From assembly GCA_050115495.1 (NCBI GenBank), contig JASFQK010000030.1, positions 21,255 through 85,254 on the forward strand: a DNA stretch of 64,000 bases, written 5' to 3'. Below the pieces are notes generated by a model. The model searched no databases. It was not told the DNA's origin and saw only the letters and a program-made list of their open reading frames with translations. The DNA is from Phycisphaerae bacterium (GTDB taxonomy: Bacteria > Planctomycetota > Phycisphaerae > UBA1845 > Fen-1342). Position numbers and translations under genes: made by a program. Below, in pieces: positions 38,690 to 48,301 of the stretch; within the stretch, counting starts at the first letter, position 1; every line of letters starts with the position of its first letter.

Positions 38690-40126
38690 ATGGATCGTCT
38701 CCACCGCGGCCTGGTCTGCGCAATCCTCGCGGCAGGCGTGGCCCTGCGCCTCGCCCTGGCGCTCGCGATCCCGCCCGACCGGGCCTACGACGACCACTAC
38801 GAACCCGTGCGCATCATGCTCGACAAGGGTGTGCTGCCCAGCGCCGCCGACTGCTGGGAGTGCTACCAGCCACCGCTCTACTACGTGATTTCCGCCGGCC
38901 CGGCCGCCCTCGCCCGCAGCATTGCGGCAGCCATGGGCGCCCCGGACACCGCCGAGCAGGCCGCCCGCCGCGCCCTCCAGATCGTCTCATTCCTCGCCGG
39001 TTGCGCGACGCTGTGGGTCTGCCGGCTCATCCTCCGCCGCTTCCCGGAACTGACCCGCCACGAAGCCCTCGGACTCGCCTTCGTGGCGTTTCTGCCGCGA
39101 CACGTCTACATGTCGGCGATGGCCACGAACGACGCCCTGACCTACCTGGCAGCGTCGCTGGCCGTGTACGCCGCCTTACGAACGCACGCCGCCGGCTGGC
39201 CGACGCGTGGCTGCGTGCTGACCGGTCTGGCTGCCGGCACCGCGGTGCTGTGCAAGGGCTACGGCTGGGTAACGGTCGCCGCCATTCTTCTGCTGATCTG
39301 GCTCTTCACGCGTGTACGGGGCACAACGCCGCCGCGCCGCGAGCTGACGCGCCCGCTTCTGCTGACCGCGGCCGCCGCCTTCGCTCTCGGCATCTGGCTG
39401 GTGGCCCGCAACGTGTGGATCTACGAGCACCCGCACGTCGACAACTTCGAGATGTTCCCCGAAACGCCCATGCGTTATCAGCCACCGGGCTCGATCGGGC
39501 AGACCAGCTTTGCGTCGTTGCGCTGCCGCGACCTGCTCACTCACCCGTGGGTCCACGTGACCCACGTCGACAGCTTCTGGACACAGCTCTACGCCCGCCT
39601 CTGGTTCGACTACGAGGGTTTCAACACGACGCTCGGCCCCTACCCGCCGTGGTCCCGACTCTGGGACCGCTGCGCCACGGCCGAGCCCGCGTGGAACGGC
39701 AACCGGTGGGACATGCTTCTCAGCTACGCCGACGATGAGGTACCGCCCGGCTTCCGCCGCGTCGCCGTGGTGGCGTACATCGCCGGCGCACCGCTGACGC
39801 TCGCCGTGCTATGCGGCCTGGTGCTGGCAGCGCTGCGCGCCCGGCGCGACTTCCGCTTCGCCCTCATCCTCGTCCACGCTCTGTTCGCCCTGAGCGTGCC
39901 GCTGGTGCAGACGCTCCGACTACCCCACTTCGCGGCGATGAAGGCCGCCTTCGCCCTCAGCAGTCTGACCAGCGCCGCTGTCCTGGCCGCCCTGCCCGTG
40001 GCGACCATCCGCCACAAGTGTTGCTCGCTGTTGCTGGCTGGCGGATTCTGGCTGCTGCTGGCGGCAATTGCGGCGACGGATATCGCCTACGTCGTTCTGC
40101 AATTCACGTGGCCGCCAGCCCCCTGA
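38690..40126 (+). CDS. GT-C (ArnT/PMT-like) membrane glycosyltransferase
   Basis: YDDH loop after TM1, YQPPLYY, TNDAL, multiple TMs; TACTCT-N6-ATG start. Confidence 0.75.
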   Translation: MDRLHRGLVCAILAAGVALRLALALAIPPDRAYDDHYEPVRIMLDKGVLPSAADCWECYQPPLYYVISAGPAALARSIAAAMGAPDTAEQAARRALQIVSFLAGCATLWVCRLILRRFPELTRHEALGLAFVAFLPRHVYMSAMATNDALTYLAASLAVYAALRTHAAGWPTRGCVLTGLAAGTAVLCKGYGWVTVAAILLLIWLFTRVRGTTPPRRELTRPLLLTAAAAFALGIWLVARNVWIYEHPHVDNFEMFPETPMRYQPPGSIGQTSFASLRCRDLLTHPWVHVTHVDSFWTQLYARLWFDYEGFNTTLGPYPPWSRLWDRCATAEPAWNGNRWDMLLSYADDEVPPGFRRVAVVAYIAGAPLTLAVLCGLVLAALRARRDFRFALILVHALFALSVPLVQTLRLPHFAAMKAAFALSSLTSAAVLAALPVATIRHKCCSLLLAGGFWLLLAAIAATDIAYVVLQFTWPPAP

Positions 40127-40164
40127 CCCGTAAGGCGCGTTCCACCCGCCGCTCCTCGTCGCGC

Positions 40165-40215
40165 AAAAAAAAGCGAGCGGGTGTCAGGCGCACCGCGGCG
40201 CGACACCCGCTGCTT
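40165..40215 (-). terminator. Rho-independent terminator after the 6S RNA
   Basis: Minus strand GCGGGTGTC...GACACCCGC followed by a T8 tract. Confidence 0.85.
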
Positions 40216-40218
40216 TAT

Positions 40219-40425
40219 CTGGAACAACCTCCGCCATTGCCGGTGGGAGAGGTTTGCTGGAACCTAGTAAACTAGGTGGGTGGCCGTCGGCGACTCTGAC
40301 CAAACGCTCTGAGGCGCCTCCGCCGGAGCTCTGCCTGCCCGGCCTCCCTGATTCCAGCGTATCGGTCCTCGCAAACGTCGTCTCCCGTGTCGAACACCGC
40401 AGGGGTTGGTCCGTTCCAGTCCTGC
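40219..40425 (-). ncRNA. ssrS: 6S RNA
   Basis: ~200-nt rod closed by CTGGAAC/GTTCCAG, with 5' CCCTGCGGTGTTCG, GGCCACCCACCT..AGGTTC and 3' CGGCA. TATACT -10 box at 40433-40438; terminator downstream. Confidence 0.75.
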
Positions 40426-40643
40426 TGTGACAAGTATAGTCATAGCATCGGTCGATTCCAAAGCGGAAATTAGGCGCTCCCGTCCGCGAAGACACCGCTG
40501 TTTCCCACGATTTTCGGCACAAATATCCTTGACTTCGCACGCACTGTCGCCCGTGTCGGCGACGGCCGGCGCACACGCTCCCAGTCACCGATGGATCGTG
40601 CTACACTTGGCGACGGTGAGCCGGCGTGCGATGATGAGTGACG

Positions 40644-41264
40644 ATGAACGAACACGGGCGGGTACAGGCGGTCGCGCGCCTTCAGCAAGGCGACCTCGAA
40701 GCGTGGCAGCAGCTCGTCGTCCACTATCACCAGCCGTTGCGACGGTTGGTCGAGTCACAGATCGACGCGCAGCTCCGCCGGCGCATCGACCCCGATGACG
40801 TGCTCCAGCAGGCATACGTCGCCTCGTTCACGAAACTCAACGAGCAGCGCTTCGACGGGCCGGCCGGCTTCCATGGATGGCTCGAGACGATTGTGCTCAG
40901 CAAGCTACACGATGCGCAGCGCGCCGCCGGCCGCCGAAAGCGCGATGTCGCCCGCGAGATAAGCGACGCCGGCGCGGCGACGTCCTATCCCGACCTGTGT
41001 CACCGCCTGATCGGCGCCGACACGACGCCCAGTCACCACCTGGCTCGCGATGAGGCTGTGGGCGCCCTGATGTCCAGCCTGGCCCGCCTGAGCCACGAGC
41101 AACGCGAGGTGATCCGCCTGCGTTATCTCGAAGGCTGGTCCGTCGCCGACGTCGCCCGCCACCTCGACAAGACCGAACCCGCCGTGCACATGGCCTGCCA
41201 CCGCGGCCTGAAGGCCCTCCGTCGCCTGATGGTCTCCCTGACCGACTACCTGATCCGCTTCTAA
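40644..41264 (+). CDS. ECF sigma-70 factor (planctomycete type)
   Basis: LRRRIDPDDVLQ, FHGWL, RKRDVARE, TPS, LSHEQREVIRLRYLEG. Confidence 0.9.
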   Translation: MNEHGRVQAVARLQQGDLEAWQQLVVHYHQPLRRLVESQIDAQLRRRIDPDDVLQQAYVASFTKLNEQRFDGPAGFHGWLETIVLSKLHDAQRAAGRRKRDVAREISDAGAATSYPDLCHRLIGADTTPSHHLARDEAVGALMSSLARLSHEQREVIRLRYLEGWSVADVARHLDKTEPAVHMACHRGLKALRRLMVSLTDYLIRF

Positions 41265-41336
41265 TGCACCGTGCTCAAGCGTAATCAGGCGAATCGGCAA
41301 GGTAACGAGGCAAAGACGCCGCGGCTTCTCCGTCCC

Positions 41337-43586
41337 TCACGGCTCTGACACACTCGGCACCTCTCGCCCCTCCCGAACAAGCACATGCCAATGCTCGCGC
41401 CAGTACCGCTCATCCAGACCCGCCCGCGCCGCGCTCGACACGACGAACTGCTGCACATCGAGGTGCCGATCAACGATCAGTATCCCCGGCCCCCGTACGT
41501 CCGCCCCGTGCGACAGGTTCACCGCAAACCACGGTCGCAACTCGCCACGGGCATCGGCGATCACCTCCAGACCGCTGATGCTCGTCCGCTCACCCGGCAG
41601 CGGAAGTCGTGGCCCCTCCACCCGCTCGGGCGCCAACGCCGTCCAGCTCGACACCGGACAATCCAGGAAGCCATAGGCGTGCACGTGCGCCGGCGCCAGC
41701 TCCGGCAGCCGCGCCGCCAACGGCGGCCCAACGCCTTCCAGATCGCTCGGATCCAGCACCATCGCCACGCCGACGAAATCCGCCCGCGTCACCGGCGGCG
41801 GATCGCCCCGCCGTGGCTCGAAGTACCCATCCAGCTTGTTGTTCAACCCCGCCGCCGCGATCGCCGGCCGACTCGGACCGAAGTAATCCGGCACCACCTG
41901 CACGAACGACAACTCACCCGCATGCCAGAACGTCGCCCGCACAGCTCCCGTCCGGCCATCGAGGATCGACAGACGCGTCGGATACTCGTACGGGTCCCGC
42001 GCGACGGCGATCACCTCGTCACCGGCCCGCCCGTCGAGATCCGCCGCCGTCAAAAGCGTATACTTCACCGCGGTCGGGGGCGCACAATCCGGCCAGCGCC
42101 AATCGAACGATAAACGCTGCTGCCACACTTCCGCTCCGCTGTCGGCGTCAAACCCATACAGCCCCGCCCCCGCCGCCGGCGCCGACAACCCAGCCACCAC
42201 GAGCTTCCGCCCCGGTGACTCGCCCGTCACCAGCGTGACGGCACCGACCTCCGCTCCCGGCGCCGGGAACTCGTGGAATACGCGTTCCGACCCCGCGACG
42301 CCATACCGGGCCAGCACCACGTGGGGCCGCTTCTCGTCCACCCACACGACCGACACCGGCTCCGTAGTGCTCGCCCGCCGCTCGCGCTGTGCCCACCAGC
42401 CGCCGCCAATGAGCAGCAACACGGCGCACACGCCGCCAATCAACCGCCGCACGAACCGGCGCCGCTGCGCACGCAGCGCCACTCGCCCACCGCCCGTCAG
42501 TGCCGCCAGCGTCTCCTCCGCCGACGCGAACCGATCTTCCGGCCGCTTGGCCATCAGGCGCAGCGACAACCGCGCCAGATGCTGATCGGCACGCCCCTCC
42601 ACCCGGCACGGATGCTCCGGTTCCTGGTGCAGAATGCGGTGCAGCGTCGCCGTCGGCGTTCCGGTGCGAAACGGCGTTCGGCCGGTGAGCATCTCGTACA
42701 GCACCACCCCCGCCGAATACAGATCCGCGCGATGGTCGACGTTCTCGTCGCCGCGCGCCTGCTCCGGGCTCATGTAATCAGGCGTCCCCAGCACGGAGTC
42801 CGTGCACGTCATCCGGGTCTGCGCATCGCGCATCCGGGCCAGTCCAAAATCGGCGATCTTCACGTGCGCCGGTAACCCCCCATCCGCCGCCGGCACGGTC
42901 CCCGCCGCCCACCCATCGAGCAGAATGTTCGACGACTTGACATCGCGGTGGATCAACCCCGCCGCGTGCGCCGCCCCCAACCCGGCGAGCAGCTCGGCGA
43001 ACCACTCGCGCACCCACGCCGCCGGCCGCGACCCGCACTGCCGAACGGCCTCCGTCAGTGTGATGCCCGCGATGCACTCCATCGCCATGTAGTGCACGCC
43101 GCTGTCTTCGCCGACGGCATGCACCGTCACGATGTTCGGATGACGCAGGCCGGCAGCCGCCTGCGCCTCCCGTTGAAAACGGGCCACCGCCCGCTCATCC
43201 TCGGCCAGCTCCGGCCGCAGCACCTTCAGTGCAACCTGCCGGCCGAGGCTCGGCTCATACGCCCGCAACACGACGCCCATCCCCCCGCCGCCCATGTGCG
43301 CGATAATCTGATACGGCCCCAGCGACGCCGCGTACTGCGGATCGGCCGACCGCCGCAGCACCCCCTGCATCACCAGCGCCCCAATCTTCCCCGTCGACGG
43401 CCGCAGGTCGGCCAGTAGCGCCAGATGCTCGCGCAGCTCCTCCGCCAGATCCGGATGCGCAGCCAGCAACGCCGCCTCGTCCGCCGCCTCACCCTGCGAT
43501 CGGCGGTCGAGATACTCGTTCAACACACGACCGACGCGCTCCTCGCGTTCAGCGGTGGATTCCGGGATGTCCTCCGTCTCCGACAT
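41337..43586 (-). CDS. Hanks-type Ser/Thr protein kinase with TM and extracellular FG-GAP-like region
   Basis: HPDLAEEL N-terminus, GGGGMG, VALK, HRDVKSSN, DFG, GTPDYMSPEQ. Confidence 0.93.
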   Translation of the reverse strand: MSETEDIPESTAEREERVGRVLNEYLDRRSQGEAADEAALLAAHPDLAEELREHLALLADLRPSTGKIGALVMQGVLRRSADPQYAASLGPYQIIAHMGGGGMGVVLRAYEPSLGRQVALKVLRPELAEDERAVARFQREAQAAAGLRHPNIVTVHAVGEDSGVHYMAMECIAGITLTEAVRQCGSRPAAWVREWFAELLAGLGAAHAAGLIHRDVKSSNILLDGWAAGTVPAADGGLPAHVKIADFGLARMRDAQTRMTCTDSVLGTPDYMSPEQARGDENVDHRADLYSAGVVLYEMLTGRTPFRTGTPTATLHRILHQEPEHPCRVEGRADQHLARLSLRLMAKRPEDRFASAEETLAALTGGGRVALRAQRRRFVRRLIGGVCAVLLLIGGGWWAQRERRASTTEPVSVVWVDEKRPHVVLARYGVAGSERVFHEFPAPGAEVGAVTLVTGESPGRKLVVAGLSAPAAGAGLYGFDADSGAEVWQQRLSFDWRWPDCAPPTAVKYTLLTAADLDGRAGDEVIAVARDPYEYPTRLSILDGRTGAVRATFWHAGELSFVQVVPDYFGPSRPAIAAAGLNNKLDGYFEPRRGDPPPVTRADFVGVAMVLDPSDLEGVGPPLAARLPELAPAHVHAYGFLDCPVSSWTALAPERVEGPRLPLPGERTSISGLEVIADARGELRPWFAVNLSHGADVRGPGILIVDRHLDVQQFVVSSAARAGLDERYWREHWHVLVREGREVPSVSEP

Positions 43587-43810
43587 CAGGCCTCTTGCTC
43601 CGCAGCAACGCCGACCACGCCGCCAGCCGGCCAGCATACCACGCCTGGACGGCGCCGCGCCTGAGGTGAACACCTGAAACCACCCCCACCATGGCCCGAT
43701 AATACCAACCCAGGAAGCCACCCGAAACAAACCGCGAGAAACTGCGTTAGATACCGGTCCAAATGACGTTTATGAAGGTAGAGCCGTTGCAGCATTAACT
43801 CGAGGTCACA

Positions 43811-43843
43811 AGCGGGCCGCTCTCTCGGGGGGAGCGGCCCGTT
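43811..43843. terminator. Hairpin downstream of the phosphoesterase gene
   Basis: AGCGGGCCGCTC...GAGCGGCCCGTT. Confidence 0.55.
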
Positions 43844-43863
43844 ACCTCTTTCCCCACCCCACC

Positions 43864-44445
43864 CTACACCAAGCGCTCGGGGGACAACTCCCGCAACGCC
43901 GGTTCGCGCCCGCCGCGCTCCGGATTGACCTCCCAGAAGCGCAACACGTCGTGGCCCAGGTCGAGCGTCGCCACGCTCGGCACCCGCGCCCGGTAGATCG
44001 CCCCGGGATTGATGAACCGCACGCTGCCGACGCGCACATCGTGCGGCGCGTGCGTGTGCCCGCTCAGCACGTAGTCCACACCGTTCAGCGCCGATTGCAG
44101 CTTGTCCGTCTTGCCCGCGTGAAGCAGGTCGAGCAGCCACGAGAACCGCAGCTCGTGCCCGTGAAAGACGATGAGCGTTCGGCCGTCCACCTCGATCCGC
44201 AACGGCACCTCGGTCGGCACGCCGAGCCCCAGACTGCGCCCGTACTCGAACACCATCGGCCCGGGCTCATCTGTATTGCCCCGCACAAACCACGCCTGCG
44301 AGCCGGCCAGCTCGTCCAGAACCGCTGTCCCGCCCACATCGCCGCAATGCACGAACGCTTCCGCCCCGGCCCGCCGCAGAACGGCCAGAGCGGCACTGGC
44401 GGCCCGCCCCTGGCCGTGTGTGTCCGACAAGATACCGAGGATCAC
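43864..44445 (-). CDS. YfcE/MJ0936-family metallophosphoesterase
   Basis: SDTHG, HCGD, GNTD, HG, GHTH, INPG. Confidence 0.9.
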   Translation of the reverse strand: MILGILSDTHGQGRAASAALAVLRRAGAEAFVHCGDVGGTAVLDELAGSQAWFVRGNTDEPGPMVFEYGRSLGLGVPTEVPLRIEVDGRTLIVFHGHELRFSWLLDLLHAGKTDKLQSALNGVDYVLSGHTHAPHDVRVGSVRFINPGAIYRARVPSVATLDLGHDVLRFWEVNPERGGREPALRELSPERLV

Positions 44446-44494
44446 AGAAGCCGTACTCCGGAATGGGTCAGCCAGCGACGCAGCGCGCCGTCAC

Positions 44495-45631
44495 TCAGCC
44501 GCGCAGGCCGCTCAGGAACGCCGCCAGGCTGTCCGTGCCACCCATCCGCTCCAGCAGCGTCAGCATCTGCTTGGCGGGCGGCAAAGGGTCGAGCTGCCGG
44601 CGGAGCATGTGCATCTTCTTCAAAGCGTCTTCGTCCAGGAGCTTCTCTTCCTTCCGCGTGCCCGACTGCTTCAGATCCATGGCCGGCCAGATGCGCTGGT
44701 TGGCCAGTTCGCGATCGAGCACGAGTTCCATATTACCCGTGCCCTTGAACTCCTGGAAAATGAAATCGTCCGCCCGGCTGCCCGTATCGACCAGCGCCGA
44801 GGCGATGATCGTCAGCGAGCCGCCGCCCTCGATGTTGCGGGCCGAGCCGAAGATCTTCTTCGGCTCCTGCAAGGCGCGGATGTCCAGCCCACCAGTCATC
44901 GTTCGGCCACTCGTGCCCACAAAGGCATTGAACGCCCGGGCCAGCCGCGTGATGGAGTCGAGCAGAATGACGATGTGCCGGCCGATCTCGGCCAGCCGCC
45001 GGGCCCGCTCGATCACCAGGCGCGCCACGCGAACGTGCGACTGCACGCTCTCGTCGTTGCTCGAGGCGATCACCTCGCCGTGCACGTTACGGCGCATCTC
45101 GGTGACCTCCTCCGGCCGCTCGTCGATCAGCAGCACGATCATGTAGACCTCGGGATGGTTGGCGGCCACCCCGTGCGCCATCTGCTGCAGCAGTATCGTC
45201 TTGCCCGTACGCGGCGGGGCCACGATCAGCCCGCGCTGCCCCCGGCCGATCGGCGTGAACAGCTCGACGACACGCATGGTCAGCGGTCCGCCGGGCATAT
45301 CGAAGTGCAGCCGCTCCTCCGGATCGATGGCCACCGTGTCATTCAGCGGCTTCGGCGGCATCCAGTCTGCCACCGGCACGTCCAGAACGCGCTCGATCTT
45401 CGTGATACGCCCCCGCCGGCCGTTGCCCGCCCGCTCGAGACGAACCGTCAGCGATTCACCCCCGCGCAGACCCAGCTTGCGCACCATGTCGGCCGGCACG
45501 GCCGGATCACTCTGTTGCACCTTCAGGTGGCGCTGTGGATCGCGGAGAAAGCCGCCGGTCTGAGGATCCAGTTCCAGCACGCCTTCCACGACGCCGCTAT
45601 CCTTTTCCACTGGTTGTTCTCCCAGAGACAC
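44495..45631 (-). CDS. rho: Transcription termination factor Rho (short form)
   Basis: PIGRGQRGLIVAPPRTGKT, LLIDERPEEVT, DSITRLARA, EFKGTGNMEL, SGTRKEE. Confidence 0.95.
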   Translation of the reverse strand: MSLGEQPVEKDSGVVEGVLELDPQTGGFLRDPQRHLKVQQSDPAVPADMVRKLGLRGGESLTVRLERAGNGRRGRITKIERVLDVPVADWMPPKPLNDTVAIDPEERLHFDMPGGPLTMRVVELFTPIGRGQRGLIVAPPRTGKTILLQQMAHGVAANHPEVYMIVLLIDERPEEVTEMRRNVHGEVIASSNDESVQSHVRVARLVIERARRLAEIGRHIVILLDSITRLARAFNAFVGTSGRTMTGGLDIRALQEPKKIFGSARNIEGGGSLTIIASALVDTGSRADDFIFQEFKGTGNMELVLDRELANQRIWPAMDLKQSGTRKEEKLLDEDALKKMHMLRRQLDPLPPAKQMLTLLERMGGTDSLAAFLSGLRG

Positions 45632-45827
45632 GTGTCCGGGGCGGACGATCCCGCACAGGACCCTCCGCGGGGCGCGACGAGCACCTCCGCCTGCCGCTTC
45701 GAGGTCGGGCTCGAACCAGAGAAGACCTCACCCCGCCACGAACCACCGCGCGCCCACTAACTTGCCCGGACTCCCCACCAGTCCAACGTCCAGTGTACCC
45801 CCTCCGCCGGGAAAAGAACAGCAACCC

Positions 45828-46640
45828 TCAGCCGCAATCGCCGGCGGCTCCACGACGCGTCACATCGTTTACCAGCGTGCCGATCCCGTCAATCTCCACC
45901 TCGATCCGATCACCAGGCCGCAGAAACACCGGCGGCTGCCGCGCAAAACCCACGCCGTCCGGCGTCCCGGTCAGAATCACCGTCCCCGGCAGCAGCGTGA
46001 ACTGCTGCGACAGGTAGCTGATCAGCGCCCGGCACGAGAATGTCATCTGGCTCGTGTCGGATTCCTGCATGATCTGGCCGTTCAGCCGACTGCGAATCGC
46101 GCGATGTTCCGGATCGAGTTCGTCCAGCGAGACCAGCCACGGCCCCAGCGGACAGAACGTGTCGAAACCCTTGGCCCGCGTCCACTGCTTGTCGTTGCGC
46201 TGGCAATCGCGCGCCGATACATCGTTCGCACACGTCACGCCGGCCACGTACGACAGCGCCTCGTCCGGCGTCACGTCGCGCGCCGCGCGGCCGATGACCA
46301 GCGCCAGCTCCGCCTCGAAATCGACTTCCTCCGGCGCCGCCTCCGGCAGCACGATCGAATGGCGGTGCGCGTTCAGCGCCGTCGTCGCCTTCTGGAAGAT
46401 CAGCGGCGCCGCCGGCGGACGCGCCCCCGTCTCTTCCACGTGCGCCCGGTAGTTGCGCCCGATCGCGAAGATGTTCGGCGGCTCCACCGGCGGCAGGTAA
46501 CGCTGGATGAGCACCGGTGTATCACCGTACCGCAGCGGCTCGCCAGCGGCGGACAGCAGCATGCGGGCATGGTCCCCATCAACCGGCGTCCCCACCCGCA
46601 CAGCCCCCGTCTCATCCACAAACCGCACGCTCTTCATCAC
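45828..46640 (-). CDS. Fumarylacetoacetate hydrolase family protein
   Basis: IGRNYRAH, DFEAEL, NDVSARD, KGFDTFCPLGP, ILTGTPDGVG. Confidence 0.93.
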   Translation of the reverse strand: MMKSVRFVDETGAVRVGTPVDGDHARMLLSAAGEPLRYGDTPVLIQRYLPPVEPPNIFAIGRNYRAHVEETGARPPAAPLIFQKATTALNAHRHSIVLPEAAPEEVDFEAELALVIGRAARDVTPDEALSYVAGVTCANDVSARDCQRNDKQWTRAKGFDTFCPLGPWLVSLDELDPEHRAIRSRLNGQIMQESDTSQMTFSCRALISYLSQQFTLLPGTVILTGTPDGVGFARQPPVFLRPGDRIEVEIDGIGTLVNDVTRRGAAGDCG

Positions 46641-46669
46641 AGTTCCTTACGACAGCCAGAGAACTCACC

Positions 46670-46923
46670 GGTGTGCCACTGCTCTTCGCACCACCACCGC
46701 ATCACGATCCGAGCCGCGAGCGGCAGCGACCGGTTGCTGCACCGCCGCGTGCCATTGGCAGCTCGCCCACCAGCGCCGACCCTTTCGCCAACCGACATCC
46801 GGTGTGCCACTGCTCTTGAGCAGTGCTCTTCGACCGCGCGAAGGGCCGGGCACCACCGATGGCTCGCCCACCAATACCGGCCCTTTCGCCAACCGACGGC
46901 CGACACGGAGGTCGGCCGCTACA
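46670..46923. repeat. Cluster of REP-like palindromes
   Basis: CCGGTGTGCCACTGCTCTT twice, GCTCGCCCACCA..CCCTTTCGCCAACCGAC twice, and a 30-bp copy of 15824-15853. Confidence 0.85.
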
Positions 46924-46931
46924 GCGCCCCC

Positions 46932-47474
46932 CTAATAAAACACGGTCACAAACAAATTCGGCTCCGAGCTCGACTTCCCTTCCACCGTCCCCACGCAGTT
47001 CGAGGCGAATCTGATCTCGATGTCCGGATGACTGTCCACCCACTCGTTGATCACCTCGTTCATGTGTGTGATCGAGGCATCGTTCAGTTTGCAGTGGAAC
47101 GTCCGGCACCGCGTCGCGTGCGGCGAGTCTGCCAGCAGCGGCCGGCGAAACTTCGCCTCCGGTCGCACCGCCGTCCCGTAGGACGTTCCTCCGCTTGGTC
47201 CACCGCCGAAAGCCTGGATGTGCGTCGCGGGTTTGGCCGGCGCGTCGGCCTCCTCCTCCACCAGCGCGAGGGGTTCCTCCGGCTCCTGCGCGTCGTTCGT
47301 GTCGGCCAGGGCTGCCGCCGGATTGACGGTGGCGATCAGCTTCCGCTCGGCCAGGCAGTGTTTGCACAGCAGCTTGCCCATCCACACTTCGGCCGTGCCC
47401 TTCTTGATGTGCTCGGGGTAGATCGTCGCCCCGCACAACTCGCACGCCTTGAGCTCTTCTTCCTGCTTGGCCAC
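46932..47474 (-). CDS. Hypothetical protein with N-terminal CxxC...CxxC zinc-finger
   Basis: AAGGAGG + GTG start; CELC..CKHC; C-terminal RCRTFHCKL..INEWVD domain. Confidence 0.75.
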   Translation of the reverse strand: MAKQEEELKACELCGATIYPEHIKKGTAEVWMGKLLCKHCLAERKLIATVNPAAALADTNDAQEPEEPLALVEEEADAPAKPATHIQAFGGGPSGGTSYGTAVRPEAKFRRPLLADSPHATRCRTFHCKLNDASITHMNEVINEWVDSHPDIEIRFASNCVGTVEGKSSSEPNLFVTVFY

Positions 47475-47719
47475 CGGCTGACCTCCTTGCGCCGCGCCGG
47501 GCGCCGACTTGGCCTCTGGCCCGGAACCGGTTCCGGACCCGCCCCCGTCACCGACAGCCGACACCGCCCGCCGGGCGGCCATGGACGCACCGGCAACAAT
47601 GCCGGACACAGGACATCTGAAGTGTTCGACGACACAGTACAATATACGTGCCCCGGCGGCAGCGCCAAGCTCGCCCGAACGCAGGCTCGGCCCGCCAGCT
47701 TCTCACCTCGGAGGTGCAC

Positions 47720-48166
47720 ATGTTCTGCGTCACTCGCGTACGCCTCGCCGCGATCGTCGCCCTCGCCACTGCCCTCAGCCTCCCTGGGTGCATCCCGCTC
47801 CAGACCACCGACGACGATACCTCCGGAACCGTGCCGGAGATCAACGATCCGTACGACGAGAACCAGCGGGCCGAGGACAACCAGGCCCCGACGGCCAACG
47901 CCGGCGATGACCAGACCGTCAACGCCGGTCAGACCGTCACCCTCAGCGGAAACCACTCCACCGACCCCGACGGCGACGCCCTGACCTACCTCTGGCGGCA
48001 GTCCGGCGGCAGCCCCCAGGTCGAGCTCCTTGCTCCCTTCTCCGCCCTCGTCCGTTTCACCGCCCCTGCCGACCTGGACGAGACCGTCACGCTGGAGTTT
48101 ACGCTGACCGTCGCCGACGGCTACGCCAGCGCCACGGACCAGATAACGGTTACTGTCCAGCCCTGA
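47720..48166 (+). CDS. Lipoprotein with PKD/REJ-like Ig domain
   Basis: LPGC lipobox; NQAPTANAGDDQTV, DPDGDALTYLWRQ. Confidence 0.85.
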   Translation: MFCVTRVRLAAIVALATALSLPGCIPLQTTDDDTSGTVPEINDPYDENQRAEDNQAPTANAGDDQTVNAGQTVTLSGNHSTDPDGDALTYLWRQSGGSPQVELLAPFSALVRFTAPADLDETVTLEFTLTVADGYASATDQITVTVQP

Positions 48167-48301
48167 GCCGCCCTCCCCGCCGATCTCCAGGCCGCTTTTC
48201 GCCGGCCGCCTCGTGCCCTATGATGCGCTTCTCGGCCCCGGGGCCGCGGCGCCCCCGGACCCGCCGGGAGACGCTCTGCATTTGCCAGGAGGCTAGCGCC
48301 C

